Shown here: positions 1 to 12,299 of the stretch, piece by piece
Numbering within the stretch: position 1 is the stretch's first letter
Layout of the letters: every line of letters begins with the position of its first letter
DNA from: Candidatus Planktophila sp.
GTDB lineage: Bacteria; Actinomycetota; Actinomycetes; Nanopelagicales; Nanopelagicaceae
DNA: 64,000 bases
Direction of reading: 5' to 3'
Assembly: GCA_044348405.1 (NCBI GenBank)
Contig: JBIKSX010000001.1
Coordinates: forward strand, 28,328 to 92,327
Translations under genes and position numbers: made by a program
The notes under the pieces: generated by a model
Database searches by the model: none
Seen by the model: only the letters and a program-made list of their open reading frames with translations
What the model was told of the DNA's origin: nothing

Positions 1-277
1 CAGTGCGACGCTCTTTCACATAAGCAAGGTGAGTCTTGTAAGGCTCATTTTTGATTGGACTTGGCGGATTGTTTCGATCGCGCCCTGCAGGATAACCACA
101 CTTTGGGCAATCCCATTCAGCTGGGATGACAACGGTTTCTTCGACAGCAAATGATGGGCGGACTTCATGTCCATTTGCGCAAAAGTAAGAGACGTACGCA
201 CGTGCGATTGAATCGCCACGCTCAGCCTCGCCCATTGGGCCGGCACCGACACGACTTCCGCGAATTGCACTTGCCAT
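1..277 (-). CDS. rbpA: RNA polymerase-binding protein RbpA (3' end runs off the window)
   Basis: Manual translation from ATG at 277: MASAIRGSRVGAGPMGEAERGDS...YFCANGH...WDCPKCG...KTHLAYVKERRT. RBS AAGGGGA upstream; usual position after secG. The ORF track shows a different frame. Confidence 0.93.
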   Translation of the reverse strand, partial: MASAIRGSRVGAGPMGEAERGDSIARAYVSYFCANGHEVRPSFAVEETVVIPAEWDCPKCGYPAGRDRNNPPSPIKNEPYKTHLAYVKERRT

Positions 278-328
278 CTATATCCCCTTGTTTGAACCTT
301 AGTTAATTTTAAAAAAGTTAAGAGTTAC

Positions 329-556
329 TTACTTGAGCACAAGTGAGAGTGCAACTACTAGCGCAAACCACAGTCCACCAGCAACGATAGTGATTCGGTC
401 AAGGTTCTTTTCGACCACAGATGAACCGCCGTAGTTTGATGAGATTCCGCCACCAAATAGATCGGATAGACCGCTTCCCTTACCTTTGTGAAGAAGTACC
501 AAAAGGATCATGAGGATACTTGTAACAACAAGTGCGATTGATAGAGCTAGTTTCAC
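329..556 (-). CDS. secG: Preprotein translocase subunit SecG
   Basis: Two TM segments, HKGKGSGLSDLFGGG and EKNLDRIT motifs; follows tpiA. Confidence 0.95.
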   Translation of the reverse strand: MKLALSIALVVTSILMILLVLLHKGKGSGLSDLFGGGISSNYGGSSVVEKNLDRITIVAGGLWFALVVALSLVLK

Positions 557-613
557 TTTTCTTACACTCCTAGTTCGTAGGGGGTAAGGATACCCGCCTG
601 ATGGGGGTAATGC

Positions 614-1390
614 TTACTCCGTCACCGCGTGGAATTTCACGATCTTGGCCAATTCCTCAGGATCTAGGCTCGCTCCGCCGATTAAAGCGCCATCGACATC
701 AGGCTTCTTCATGATTTCTACAATATTTGAGGACTTAACAGAACCGCCGTAGAGGATGCGCATATTCGCCGCGATTTCGGGAGAACCAATATTTTCAACT
801 TCTTCACGGATCGCTGCACAAACCTCTTGGGCATCCTCAGGTGTTGCAGTTTTTCCGGTACCGATTGCCCATACTGGTTCGTAAGCGATAACAATTTTCT
901 TGAGTTCTGGCTTTGTAAATCCTTCGAGACCAGCACGAATCTGTCGGATTACATGACTTACATGTGTTCCGGATTCGCGGATTGCAAGTTCCTCGCCGAC
1001 ACAAAAGATTGGTGTTAATTCATTAGCAAGTGCGGCTTTGATCTTTCGGTTGATGAGCGCATCTGATTCTTGATGAATTGCGCGTCGTTCTGAGTGGCCG
1101 ATAACTACAAAGGTACAACCAAGCTTTGCCAGCATTGACCCTGAGATATCACCAGTGAAGGCACCGCTTGCTTCTGGCGAAAGATCCTGTGCTCCGTACT
1201 GCAAGCGCAATCGATCTCCATCAACCAAAGTTTGAATCGAGCGGATGTCTGTAAATGGAGGGATCACCGCAACATCTACGGCGTCATAATCCTTATCTTC
1301 AAGCCCGTAAACCAACTTTTGGGCAACTGCGATCGCCTCAAGGTGATTGAGGTTCATCTTCCAGTTTCCTGCCATTAAAGGTTTACGCAT
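614..1390 (-). CDS. tpiA: Triosephosphate isomerase
   Basis: [29 protein letters not shown] motifs. Confidence 0.99.
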   Translation of the reverse strand: MRKPLMAGNWKMNLNHLEAIAVAQKLVYGLEDKDYDAVDVAVIPPFTDIRSIQTLVDGDRLRLQYGAQDLSPEASGAFTGDISGSMLAKLGCTFVVIGHSERRAIHQESDALINRKIKAALANELTPIFCVGEELAIRESGTHVSHVIRQIRAGLEGFTKPELKKIVIAYEPVWAIGTGKTATPEDAQEVCAAIREEVENIGSPEIAANMRILYGGSVKSSNIVEIMKKPDVDGALIGGASLDPEELAKIVKFHAVTE

Positions 1391-1418
1391 TGTCAGCTCC
1401 TATGTTCAGCGAGTTCTA

Positions 1419-2608
1419 TTAAATTAATTCTAGTGCTTTTAGTCCGGGAAGTTCCTTGCCTTCTAGGTATTCCAGTGAAGCTCCGCCTCCGGTTGAGATA
1501 TATCCGAACTGAGAATCTGCAAAGCCCAGAGCACGAACCGCCGCTGCAGAGTCTCCCCCGCCAACTACAGATATTCCTGAAACCTGTGTTAGCGCTTGTG
1601 CAACTACTTTTGTTCCCGCAGCAAAGTTAGGGAATTCAAACACTCCCATTGGACCATTCCAGAATACGGTCTTGCACTTAACAATTTCTGCAGCAAATGC
1701 CGCAGCCGATACCGGTCCGATATCTAGACCCATTTGATCAGCAGGTATTGCATCTGCAGCAACAAGTGTTGGGGTTGCATCTGCGGCAAAGGCAGGTGCA
1801 ACAACAATATCTGTAGGTAGTAAAAGCTTGACGCCATTTTTTTCAGCGGTAGCAATTAATCCTTTGACGACATCAAGCATCTCTGATTCAACCAGTGAAG
1901 TACCGATCTCTTTGCCTTGAGCCTTCAGGAATGTGAAAACCATTCCGCCACCAATAGCTAGAACATCAACTTTGCCTAGCAAGTTCTCGATCACACCCAA
2001 TTTATCTGAAACTTTCGCACCACCTAGAACAACACCATATGGACGTTCTGGGTTTTGAGTCAGCTTCTTTAGAATCTGGACTTCGGCAGCAACTAACTTT
2101 CCAGCTGCGTGTGGCAACATTTTAGGCAAATCAAATACAGATGCATGTTTGCGGTGGACCGCACCAAAACCATCACCCACATAGAAGTCGGCAAGTTGTG
2201 CTAGTTCGCCCGCAAAAGTTGCGCGCTCTGAATCTTCCTTGCTTGTCTCTGCTGCACTAAAGCGAATGTTTTCTAGCAGAAGAATTTCACCAGCTGCAAG
2301 AGCGTGCGCCGCTGTCGTTACCGCATCACCTGTTACCTGTCCAGGAAATTTCACTTCTTGACCAAGTAGTTCAGCCAAACGTTTAGCGACGGGTGCAAGT
2401 GAGAGTTCAGGCTTTGCTTCACCTTTTGGGCGACCAAGGTGTGCGGCAATAACAAGTGATGCACCTTTTTCAAGTAGTGCTTGAATAGTAGGAAGCGAGG
2501 CCTTGATTCGTCCATCATCCTTAATGACTCCCTCTTTCAAAGGAACATTGAGGTCACATCGAAGAAAGACTCGCTTCCCTGCTACATCAATTGTTGAAAG
2601 ATCTGGCA

Positions 2609-2609
<1 letters not shown>
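1419..2609 (-). CDS. pgk: Phosphoglycerate kinase
   Basis: RCDLNVP, HLGRP, WNGPMGVFE, GGGDS, STGGGASLE motifs. Confidence 0.99.
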
Positions 2610-3724
<1,115 letters not shown>

Positions 3725-3739
3725 TTAAGTATCTGAGGG

Positions 3740-4717
3740 CTAATTGAGCAAATCTGGCGAGAGGCCACTCTCAGTATCCGGAATTCCAAGCTCTGCAGCG
3801 CGTTTATCAGCCATGGCCAACAATCGCCGAATTCGACCTGCAATCGCATCCTTAGTCATTGGAGGAACCGCCAATGAACCGAGTTCTTCTAGCGAAGCCT
3901 GCCCATGATTAATGCGCAACTCCCCGGCCTCTTTCAGATGATCTGGAATTGTTGGCCCAAGAATTTCCATTGCTCGTTGCACGCGCGCGGCAGCAGCAAC
4001 TGCTGCACGAGCAGAACGACGAAGATTTGCATCATCAAAGTTTGCAAGACGGTTGGCAGTTGCTCGAACTTCGCGACGCATTCGACGCTCTTCCCACGCC
4101 ATCACACTTTCATGTGCCCCAAGCCGAGTAAGCAGTACACCGATTGCATCGCCATCACGAATGACTACTCGATCAACTCCCCGAACCTCGCGCGCCTTTG
4201 CCACAATTCCTAAGCGGCGAGCCGCGCCAACTAAAGCAAGAGCAGCTTCGGGACCTGGGCAAGTTATTTCCAGTGAAGATGAGCGACCTGGTTCAGTCAA
4301 TGAACCGTGTGCAATGAATGCACCGCGCCAAGCCGCTTCTGAATCACAAATGGCAGCTGAGACAACCTGTGGTGGAAGCCCGCGCACTGGTCGACCATTT
4401 GAATCAACTAAACCTGTTTGGCGGGCAAGTGCGTCACCTTCATTAATGACGCGAACTACATACCGAGAGCCCTTGCGTAATCCACTTGATGACAGAACTG
4501 CTAAATCTGAGTCATGTCCATAAATGTCTGCAATGTCTTTTCGAAGTCGACGCGCACTCTGTGAGGTGTCGAGTTCTACTTCAATAACAATCTTTCCTGC
4601 TGCGATGTGCAGACCACCAGCAAAGCGAAGAAGTGCAGAGACTTCAGCTTTGCGACAACATGGTTTGGTGATTGCTAGACGAGATAGCTCGTCTTTAACT
4701 GATGCTGTCATTGCCAT
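3740..4717 (-). CDS. whiA: DNA-binding protein WhiA
   Basis: [48 protein letters not shown]; follows yvcK. Confidence 0.97.
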   Translation of the reverse strand: MAMTASVKDELSRLAITKPCCRKAEVSALLRFAGGLHIAAGKIVIEVELDTSQSARRLRKDIADIYGHDSDLAVLSSSGLRKGSRYVVRVINEGDALARQTGLVDSNGRPVRGLPPQVVSAAICDSEAAWRGAFIAHGSLTEPGRSSSLEITCPGPEAALALVGAARRLGIVAKAREVRGVDRVVIRDGDAIGVLLTRLGAHESVMAWEERRMRREVRATANRLANFDDANLRRSARAAVAAAARVQRAMEILGPTIPDHLKEAGELRINHGQASLEELGSLAVPPMTKDAIAGRIRRLLAMADKRAAELGIPDTESGLSPDLLN

Positions 4718-4733
4718 GGGGTAATCCAACCAT

Positions 4734-5666
4734 TTACCGAGCGAGAATGTGGCCCAAATGAAGAGCTAATTTTTGGGCATCATGATGGATGCTGCCAGGT
4801 GCTTTTCGAATATCTGCAGCGACAATCTCTCCACCCAAGGTTGATGCTGCAAGCTTTAGGGTTTGCTCATCCCGAACAACTGAATGGTCTACAAGACAAT
4901 AATCGACCTTTACACCGGGGGCATAACGATGAAAAAACTCGAGATGTTCTTCAGGGGTCGAACCTGCGAATTCTTCGCCGTGAGTATGTGATGTGGCATC
5001 TAAATTTAGAATAAGTATTTTGCGGGCAGTACTGCTTTGTAAAGCTTCTAACTGCGCAGGTACCAACAGATGTGGAATCACACTTGAAAACCATGAACCC
5101 GGTCCCATGGTGATCCACTGTGCATCAGCTATTGCTTCTAATGCCTCACCTCTAGCTGGAGGGTCTTGCGGAATTATGCGCAGTGATTCGATATGCCCCT
5201 TAGCCGTTGCAACCTCTTTTTGACCGCGCACAACAATTCTTCCGGTCGATGTATTAAATGTTCCCTCGATATCTAAGGCAACAGCTGCCATGGGCAAAAC
5301 ACGACCAATAACTTTTAGTAGTTGGCCAACTCTGTCTAAAGCAACAACAGGATCTTCGCCAGCGTTCCACATCGAAGCGAGCAAAAGATTGCCCATCGCA
5401 TGACCGTTGAGTTCGCCATCACTTTCAAAGCGATGTTGCATTATTTGGGCCCAGGTACGACCCCATTCATCATCGGCGCATAAAGCAGCTAATGCCATTC
5501 GCAAGTCACCTGGAGGAAAAATTGGAAATTCTGCACGCAGCCGACCGCTAGAACCCCCATTGTCTGCAACTGTAACGATTGCAGTTAATTGATGAGTGAT
5601 CTGACGCAAAGCGGTCAATGTGGCAGATAGACCATGACCACCACCAAGTGCAACAACTTTAGTCAA
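4734..5666 (-). CDS. yvcK: UDP-GlcNAc-binding YvcK/GlmR (CuvA) family protein
   Basis: [34 protein letters not shown]; rapZ-yvcK-whiA synteny. Confidence 0.93.
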   Translation of the reverse strand: MTKVVALGGGHGLSATLTALRQITHQLTAIVTVADNGGSSGRLRAEFPIFPPGDLRMALAALCADDEWGRTWAQIMQHRFESDGELNGHAMGNLLLASMWNAGEDPVVALDRVGQLLKVIGRVLPMAAVALDIEGTFNTSTGRIVVRGQKEVATAKGHIESLRIIPQDPPARGEALEAIADAQWITMGPGSWFSSVIPHLLVPAQLEALQSSTARKILILNLDATSHTHGEEFAGSTPEEHLEFFHRYAPGVKVDYCLVDHSVVRDEQTLKLAASTLGGEIVAADIRKAPGSIHHDAQKLALHLGHILAR

Positions 5667-5668
5667 AA

Positions 5669-6532
5669 CTACTCACGACCTACATCGCGATGTGTTGGAT
5701 GCGCCGAAACTTCTGTACCAATCTCATTAAGTTGTCGCGCGATTTCTTGGGTGATTGCAACACTTCTGTGCTTTCCACCGGTACAACCGACTGCGATGGT
5801 CACATATTTCTTTCCTTCGCGCATATATCCAGGCAACATCGAATTCACTAACGCAACGTAGTCCTTAACAAAATCACTGACACCGTCGCTTTCCAAAACT
5901 TTTTGACTAACTTGTGGAGTCAATCCCGTGAGTGGACGAAGTTCTGGAATCCAATGTGGATTTGGGATAAATCGACAATCAAGAACTAAATCTGAATCAA
6001 CTGGGATTCCATACTTGTAACCAAATGACAAAACATTAACTCGAATTCCTTGTAACTTTCCAGCACCAAATATCTCACCGATTCGCTTTTCTAATTGATG
6101 AACATTGAGGTTTGAAGTATCTATTGCGACATCAGATTGTGAACGAATATCTTCTAGCTTTTCGCGTTCGCGTGCGATTCCATCAACGATTCGATCCTTG
6201 CCCTGCAATGGATGCGGCCTTCTGGTTGATTCAAATCTTTGAACAAGAGCTTGATCTGTAGCATCAAGAAAAACTAACCGGTAGGCGGACTTATTGTTTT
6301 TTAACTCTGTTAAAGCATGGGTTAACTCGTCAAAGAACTCTCCGCCTCGAACATCGACGACAACGGCTAACTCTTTTCCTTGTGGCCCTGTTCCTTTACT
6401 AACTAGTGCAGGAAGTAATCCGGGCGGCAGGTTATCGACTACATACCAACCTAGATCCTCAAGGGCGTGAGCAACTGTTGATCGCCCAGCACCTGACATG
6501 CCAGTCAGAATTAAAGTCTCTTGTCCGCTCAT
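5669..6532 (-). CDS. rapZ: RNase adapter RapZ/YvcJ P-loop NTPase
   Basis: GMSGAGRS, VDNLP, SFGYKYG, GCTGGKHRSV motifs. Confidence 0.96.
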   Translation of the reverse strand: MSGQETLILTGMSGAGRSTVAHALEDLGWYVVDNLPPGLLPALVSKGTGPQGKELAVVVDVRGGEFFDELTHALTELKNNKSAYRLVFLDATDQALVQRFESTRRPHPLQGKDRIVDGIAREREKLEDIRSQSDVAIDTSNLNVHQLEKRIGEIFGAGKLQGIRVNVLSFGYKYGIPVDSDLVLDCRFIPNPHWIPELRPLTGLTPQVSQKVLESDGVSDFVKDYVALVNSMLPGYMREGKKYVTIAVGCTGGKHRSVAITQEIARQLNEIGTEVSAHPTHRDVGRE

Positions 6533-6536
6533 GCTC

Positions 6537-7517
6537 TTATCCTCTTACATCTGTCAAGAAGGTCGAAACACGCTCAAGACTCTTTTCCAGATAGGCCGGC
6601 AGCATTTCTTGATGCTCTTGGTTCTTAGTTTCAAACAAATAGTTCAGAAGGAGTAACCGACGCTGGAGAAGAAGCCCCTTCATGGCATTTTCTGAATACA
6701 CCGGCAAAGGTTTGACGCTTGCATAACCTGCTAAAAGCGCCTGCTCTTGCTCTGGTGAATCCAAGTAATACAAAGCAACCGCTAGGTCCTGCGCTTCGAC
6801 GCCAAATCCACAGTCATCGAAATCAAAGATTGAAAGTTGACCCTCATGCCACATTAAATTCCAGCCATGACAATCTGCATGAATAATGTGGACCGGTGAT
6901 GTCTGATACAAATCACGCGTATAGGACATGATGAGATCATGAGCCTCTTGAATCAAACTTCGATCGGCAACTGAAAGTTTTGATTTTTCGGATAAAAGAA
7001 AATCTTCCGTGCTCCAAAAGAAATCATCGAAAGTTGGCAATTCTAATTGACTTGAAAGCACAAAATTAGAGGAATCTTGATGTAATTGCGCGATTGCTTT
7101 GCCAACTTCATGTAACTGATCCAAAGTTGGTTCGTCGCCTATTTCCTCTCCCTCAAGCCATGAATACATCACAGCAGATAATGTCTGTCCGGATTCGGGA
7201 TGGACAGCGGAGACAATAAAATCATCCTTCAAAGTTGCTATTGGAGCTGGGGTATTGATGCCCGAAGTATGGTTTAGATGTCGGACCCATTCGATCTCAG
7301 CCAACAGGTTTTTAATTGTTTTGGCTGAGTTTATGTTAATTCGCAAGGCATATTTGAGGCCTGTTTCAGTTTCAACCGAAAAAGTTGCATTAAAGCCAAA
7401 GTTGATGCAGGAAACTTTCGCTTTACTTATCCCATAGTTAGTCAGTAATTCATGAGCAAAAGCGGTTAGGGATTTTTGTTGCTCTTCTGCCGGTAGTTCA
7501 AAAAACTCGCTACCCAT
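6537..7517 (-). CDS. APH/choline-kinase-like phosphotransferase, substrate unknown
   Basis: YALRI beta-3 strand, catalytic loop IIHADCHGWN, metal-binding DFDDCG, DLAV. Confidence 0.85.
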   Translation of the reverse strand: MGSEFFELPAEEQQKSLTAFAHELLTNYGISKAKVSCINFGFNATFSVETETGLKYALRININSAKTIKNLLAEIEWVRHLNHTSGINTPAPIATLKDDFIVSAVHPESGQTLSAVMYSWLEGEEIGDEPTLDQLHEVGKAIAQLHQDSSNFVLSSQLELPTFDDFFWSTEDFLLSEKSKLSVADRSLIQEAHDLIMSYTRDLYQTSPVHIIHADCHGWNLMWHEGQLSIFDFDDCGFGVEAQDLAVALYYLDSPEQEQALLAGYASVKPLPVYSENAMKGLLLQRRLLLLNYLFETKNQEHQEMLPAYLEKSLERVSTFLTDVRG

Positions 7518-9436
7518 TACTTGTTCTCCAATATCTCGCCCGTTTCAGTATTGATCCCCTGGCTGGCAATTGAAGCCAGATGAGATTCAATGATTGAGGC
7601 AATTTTAGAGCCAATCCCCGGAGTTGCTGCGATGTCTTCTACCGTTGCTTTACGTATTGCCGCGACCGAACCAAAACGTTCTAACAATGATGCTCTACGG
7701 GCTGAGCCCAATTGTGGAATCTCATCCAGAATTGATTCCAGCATGATCTTTGAACGACGTGATCTATGGAAGGTAATCGCAAAGCGGTGGGCTTCATCTC
7801 TAATGCGCTGCAATAGGTACAAGCCTTCACTGTTGCGCGGCAGGATAAGTGGATCCTTCGATCCAGGCATCCACACTTCTTCTAAGCGCTTAGCTAATCC
7901 GCACAACGCAATGTCCTTGATTCCTAACTCATCCAGTGCGCGCTGTGCGGCATTTACTTGCGGTTGACCACCATCAACCACGATGAGCTGTGGAGGGTAA
8001 GCAAACTTACTTGGTTTCCCACCCAATTCTGCAACTTCGACTTCATTCTCTTTACGATCATCAAGCAACCGCTTAAGTCTGCGAGTAATAACTTGGTGCA
8101 TTGCACGAGTGTCATCAAATCCTTCGCTAGTATCAATGATGAACCGGCGGTATTCACTCTTCTTAATCATGCCATCTTCGAAAACCACCATAGATGCAAC
8201 AACTGATGTGCCTGAAATGTTGGAAATATCAAAACATTCGATGCGCAATGGGGTACGTCCCAAGTTGAGATGTTCTTCTATTTCAGTCAAAGCCTTACCG
8301 CTGACGGCAGCATCTGTTGCCCGCTTGCTCAAATACTGAATCAAGGAATACTGGGCGTTACGTTTTACGGTGTCGAGTAGCTCCACTTTTTCGCCACGTT
8401 GTGGCACTTTGATTTCAACTTTGGTTGATCCAATTCCGCCCAACCATTGTTCTAGCTGCTCTTTGTCTACGGGTTCGGAATTAATGTAGATATTGCGTGG
8501 AACTGCAATCGCGCCGCTTCCGTAGATTGAATACAGCAGTGAGGTCAAAACATCTTGACCTTCTAGAACCATCTCTTGATCCACAATCCACGACCTAGAG
8601 CCCTTAACCGATCCACGTTGCATAGAAAAAATCGACCCAGCTGCATGGAAACCATCGTGATAAATAGAAATGAAATCACCATCCAAATCATCAGAGAAGT
8701 TACCTTCAGTAGATTTTTGGGCCTTCTCAAAGGATTCAATCTGATCTCGCAGGCGTGCTGCTCGTTCGAATTCTTCATTAGCCGCAGCTGTGTTCATCTC
8801 TTCATGAAGTTTGGGCAGGATGTTCTCCATACCCGATTCCATGAATTCATTTAGGCGACCAGCTAATTGTTTGTGATCTTCTTGTGATATCCACCCAACA
8901 CATGGTGCTGCACATTTTCCGATGTCCCCTAACAAACATTGGCGCTTACTGCGCTGTGCGCGCGTGAAGTTGGCTGATGAACATGATCTGACCGGAAAAA
9001 CCTTGAGCAAAACTTCAAAAGTATTTCGCAGCGCCCAGGCATTCGTGTAAGGGCCAAAGTACTTGAGCCCAGGTCGCTTGTCCTTGCGCGTTATGAAAAT
9101 CATTGGGTATTCATCATTGAGCGATAAGGCTAAATATGGATAGGACTTGTCATCTTTAAACTGAACGTTGTACTTAGGTTGATACTGCTTGATCCAACTA
9201 AATTCCAGCGCTAAGGCTTCAAGTTCGGTACTAACAATGGTCCAATCAACACGAACCGCTTCGTGAACCATGCGATACGTTTTGGTCGCAAGATTTGCTT
9301 GAAAGTAATTGCTTAAGCGATTCTTCAGATTCTTTGCTTTGCCAACGTAGATAACTTTGTCCAATTTGTTGTAAAAGCGATATACCCCAGGGTGTTCCGG
9401 GATGTTTGTAGGCCGATAACTTTGAGGATCTGCCAT
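7517..9436 (-). CDS. uvrC: Excinuclease ABC subunit C
   Basis: GIY-YIG (PGVY..IYVGKAKNL), ECFDIS, VVDGG, RDEAHRFA, C-terminal HhH. Confidence 0.98.
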   Translation of the reverse strand: MADPQSYRPTNIPEHPGVYRFYNKLDKVIYVGKAKNLKNRLSNYFQANLATKTYRMVHEAVRVDWTIVSTELEALALEFSWIKQYQPKYNVQFKDDKSYPYLALSLNDEYPMIFITRKDKRPGLKYFGPYTNAWALRNTFEVLLKVFPVRSCSSANFTRAQRSKRQCLLGDIGKCAAPCVGWISQEDHKQLAGRLNEFMESGMENILPKLHEEMNTAAANEEFERAARLRDQIESFEKAQKSTEGNFSDDLDGDFISIYHDGFHAAGSIFSMQRGSVKGSRSWIVDQEMVLEGQDVLTSLLYSIYGSGAIAVPRNIYINSEPVDKEQLEQWLGGIGSTKVEIKVPQRGEKVELLDTVKRNAQYSLIQYLSKRATDAAVSGKALTEIEEHLNLGRTPLRIECFDISNISGTSVVASMVVFEDGMIKKSEYRRFIIDTSEGFDDTRAMHQVITRRLKRLLDDRKENEVEVAELGGKPSKFAYPPQLIVVDGGQPQVNAAQRALDELGIKDIALCGLAKRLEEVWMPGSKDPLILPRNSEGLYLLQRIRDEAHRFAITFHRSRRSKIMLESILDEIPQLGSARRASLLERFGSVAAIRKATVEDIAATPGIGSKIASIIESHLASIASQGINTETGEILENK

Positions 9437-9440
9437 TGGA

Positions 9441-12299
9441 CTACTTCTTTGCTGGGGCTTTTCTATTTGACTTTAGAATCTCACCCAAGAACTGCCCGGT
9501 ATAGCTCTCTTTGACTGCAGCTACTTGTTCTGGCGTTCCTTCAGCAACAACCAATCCTCCGCGGAAACCGCCTTCAGGCCCCATGTCGATGACCCAGTCA
9601 GAGCATTTAATAACATCTAAGTTGTGTTCGATAACGACAACTGTGTTTCCTGTATCAACCAAACGATTAAGCACCGTTAACAACTTATTGACATCTTCAA
9701 AGTGCAATCCTGTTGTTGGTTCATCTAGTACATAAATTGTGCGACCAGTTGATCGGCGCTGTAGCTCTGTTGCAAGCTTTACGCGCTGAGCTTCTCCGCC
9801 CGACAAGGTAGGTGCTGATTGGCCTAGCCGAACATAACCCAAACCAACATCATTCAAAGTCTTTAGGTAGCGAGCGATTGCCGGTACGGATTCAAAGAAA
9901 CCGCCAGCCTCTTCAATAGGCATATTCAATACTTCTGCAATGGTCTTGTTCTTGTAATGAACCTCTAGCGTTTCACGGTTGTAACGCGCGCCATGACAGA
10001 CCTCGCAAGGAACGTAGACATCTGGCAAAAAGTTCATTTCAATAGTGATGGTTCCGTCACCAGAACAGTTCTCGCAGCGGCCGCCCTTAACGTTAAAGGA
10101 GAAGCGACCTTGCTGATATCCGCGAATTTTTGCTTCACTAGTTTCGGCAAACAGCGCACGAATCTTGTCGAAAACACCAGTGTACGTAGCTGGGTTTGAC
10201 CGTGGAGTTCTGCCAATCGGAGATTGATCCACATGCACAACCTTGTCCAAAAGTTCGATACCAGTAACTGTTCTGTGTCGACCAGGAACCAATCGAGCAC
10301 CGTTTAACTTGTTAGCCAAGGTTGTGTACAAAATGTCATTTACAAGTGTGGATTTACCAGATCCAGAAACGCCAGTTACAGAAACAAAAACTCCTAGCGG
10401 AACCTCAACTTCAATATCTTTGAGGTTGTTTTCCTTTGCTCCCTTAACTACAAGCTTTCGCTTGGGATCAACTGGGCGGCGCTTCTTTGGGATCGCAATA
10501 GATCTACGACCGGATAAGTACGCACCCGTGATGGATTCTTTGGATGCGATCAGTTCTTCATAACTTCCAGAGACAACAACTTTTCCGCCATGCTCTCCGG
10601 CACCTGGACCGATGTCAACAATCCAATCTGCAGTTCGAATTGTCTCTTCATCATGTTCGACAACGATCAAGGTATTTCCAAGATCGCGCAAGCGCGTAAG
10701 GGTTTCGATTAAACGCTTATTGTCGCGTTGATGTAAACCAATTGATGGTTCATCTAGTACATAGAGAACGCCAACCAATCCGCTACCGATCTGAGTTGCA
10801 AGGCGAATGCGCTGGGCTTCACCACCTGAAAGAGAACCTGCAGGTCGAGCTAAGGAAAGGTAATCAAGACCGACATCTAGCAAGAAGCCAAGGCGGGCAT
10901 TAACTTCTTTCATTACCCGTTCTGCGATTTGTGCTTCGCGCTTGTTGAGCTTGATTTGCTTGAGAAAAACTGCACAATCAGCTATTGATAGCTCGCAAAT
11001 CTCTGAAATGTTTTTATTGCCAATAGTTACAGCAAGAACCTCTGGCTTAAGGCGCGCACCATTACAGGTTTCGCAAGCGATCTCACGCATGTAAGCCTCG
11101 TACTTATCGCGGCTGTAATCACTATCTGTTTCTTCATGCCTGCGATGTATAAAAGGGATGACGCCTTCAAAGCCGGTGGTGTAGTTTCGCGCTCCGTAGC
11201 GTCCCTTGTACTTCATCTTGATTTCATACTCGTAGCCGTTCAAGATAGCTTCGCGGGCTTTGCTCGAGATTTTCTTCCACGGTGTATCTAAAGAAAACGG
11301 CAGATCCTTTGCTAGTGCTTCTAATAAACGCAGGAAATAATCAGAGGATTGCCCACCGGACCACGGCGCAATAGCACCGTCGTTAATAGAAATTGAATCA
11401 TCAGGGATGATCAGATCCTCATCGACCTCTTTCTTAGTTCCAATTCCAGAACATTCGGCGCATGCACCAAATGGTGAGTTGAATGAGAAAGAGCGTGGCT
11501 CTAGCTCTTCAAATGATAATTCGCAGTCATGACAGGCCAAATGCTCACTGTAAGTTCGCTCTTTATCTGCGCCCTTGGCATCAACAAAATCTAGAACAAC
11601 GATTCCAGACGCCAAGCGCAACGCGTTTTCAATTGAATCTGTTAGGCGGGTTTTACTTTCAGCTTTAGCGGTCAATCGGTCAATCACAACTTCAATCGTA
11701 TGTTTTTCTTGTTTCTTTAACTTAGGAGCCTCAGAGAGTTGGACTACTTCCCCATCAATGCGTGCGCGGGAATATCCTTGAGTGATCAGATCATTGAAGA
11801 GTTCAACAAATTCGCCTTTGCGCGCTCTGACAACTGGTGCCAGAACCTGGAACTTGGTTGTTGCTGGAAGTTCCAAAATTTGATCGACAATTTGCTGAGG
11901 TGATTGCCTAGTAACGACCTTGCCACAGTTTGGGCAATGAGGTGTTCCTGCGCGAGCAAACAAAAGACGTAAATAATCATAGACTTCAGTAATTGTTCCC
12001 ACAGTAGATCGTGGATTTCGATTAGTAGATTTCTGATCGATTGATACCGCAGGCGAAAGTCCCTCGATGAAATCCACATCTGGTTTGTCCATTTGACCCA
12101 GAAACTGACGGGCGTAGGCTGATAAGGACTCAACATAACGTCGCTGACCTTCGGCAAAAATTGTGTCAAAGGCAAGGGATGATTTTCCGGAACCTGACAG
12201 GCCCGTAAAAACAACAAGTGAGTCTCGAGGAAGTTCGATGGAAACATTTTTTAGGTTGTGTTCGCGCGCTCCACGAACAACTAACTTATCGATGCTCAA
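9441..12299 (-). CDS. uvrA: Excinuclease ABC subunit A
   Basis: Two ABC ATPase modules ([26 protein letters not shown]) and Zn fingers. Confidence 0.99.
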   Translation of the reverse strand: MSIDKLVVRGAREHNLKNVSIELPRDSLVVFTGLSGSGKSSLAFDTIFAEGQRRYVESLSAYARQFLGQMDKPDVDFIEGLSPAVSIDQKSTNRNPRSTVGTITEVYDYLRLLFARAGTPHCPNCGKVVTRQSPQQIVDQILELPATTKFQVLAPVVRARKGEFVELFNDLITQGYSRARIDGEVVQLSEAPKLKKQEKHTIEVVIDRLTAKAESKTRLTDSIENALRLASGIVVLDFVDAKGADKERTYSEHLACHDCELSFEELEPRSFSFNSPFGACAECSGIGTKKEVDEDLIIPDDSISINDGAIAPWSGGQSSDYFLRLLEALAKDLPFSLDTPWKKISSKAREAILNGYEYEIKMKYKGRYGARNYTTGFEGVIPFIHRRHEETDSDYSRDKYEAYMREIACETCNGARLKPEVLAVTIGNKNISEICELSIADCAVFLKQIKLNKREAQIAERVMKEVNARLGFLLDVGLDYLSLARPAGSLSGGEAQRIRLATQIGSGLVGVLYVLDEPSIGLHQRDNKRLIETLTRLRDLGNTLIVVEHDEETIRTADWIVDIGPGAGEHGGKVVVSGSYEELIASKESITGAYLSGRRSIAIPKKRRPVDPKRKLVVKGAKENNLKDIEVEVPLGVFVSVTGVSGSGKSTLVNDILYTTLANKLNGARLVPGRHRTVTGIELLDKVVHVDQSPIGRTPRSNPATYTGVFDKIRALFAETSEAKIRGYQQGRFSFNVKGGRCENCSGDGTITIEMNFLPDVYVPCEVCHGARYNRETLEVHYKNKTIAEVLNMPIEEAGGFFESVPAIARYLKTLNDVGLGYVRLGQSAPTLSGGEAQRVKLATELQRRSTGRTIYVLDEPTTGLHFEDVNKLLTVLNRLVDTGNTVVVIEHNLDVIKCSDWVIDMGPEGGFRGGLVVAEGTPEQVAAVKESYTGQFLGEILKSNRKAPAKK

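Noticed and set aside
16-270. 84-aa ORF from the track
   Set aside because: Out-of-frame shadow of rbpA on the same strand
301-328. Three AGTTA repeats between secG and rbpA
   Set aside because: Short, irregularly spaced and in AT-rich sequence, so chance is a sufficient explanation
4053-4523. 156-aa plus-strand ORF and the many similar antisense ORFs across the window
   Set aside because: Antisense shadows of conserved genes with Ser/Thr/Arg-rich composition and no motifs
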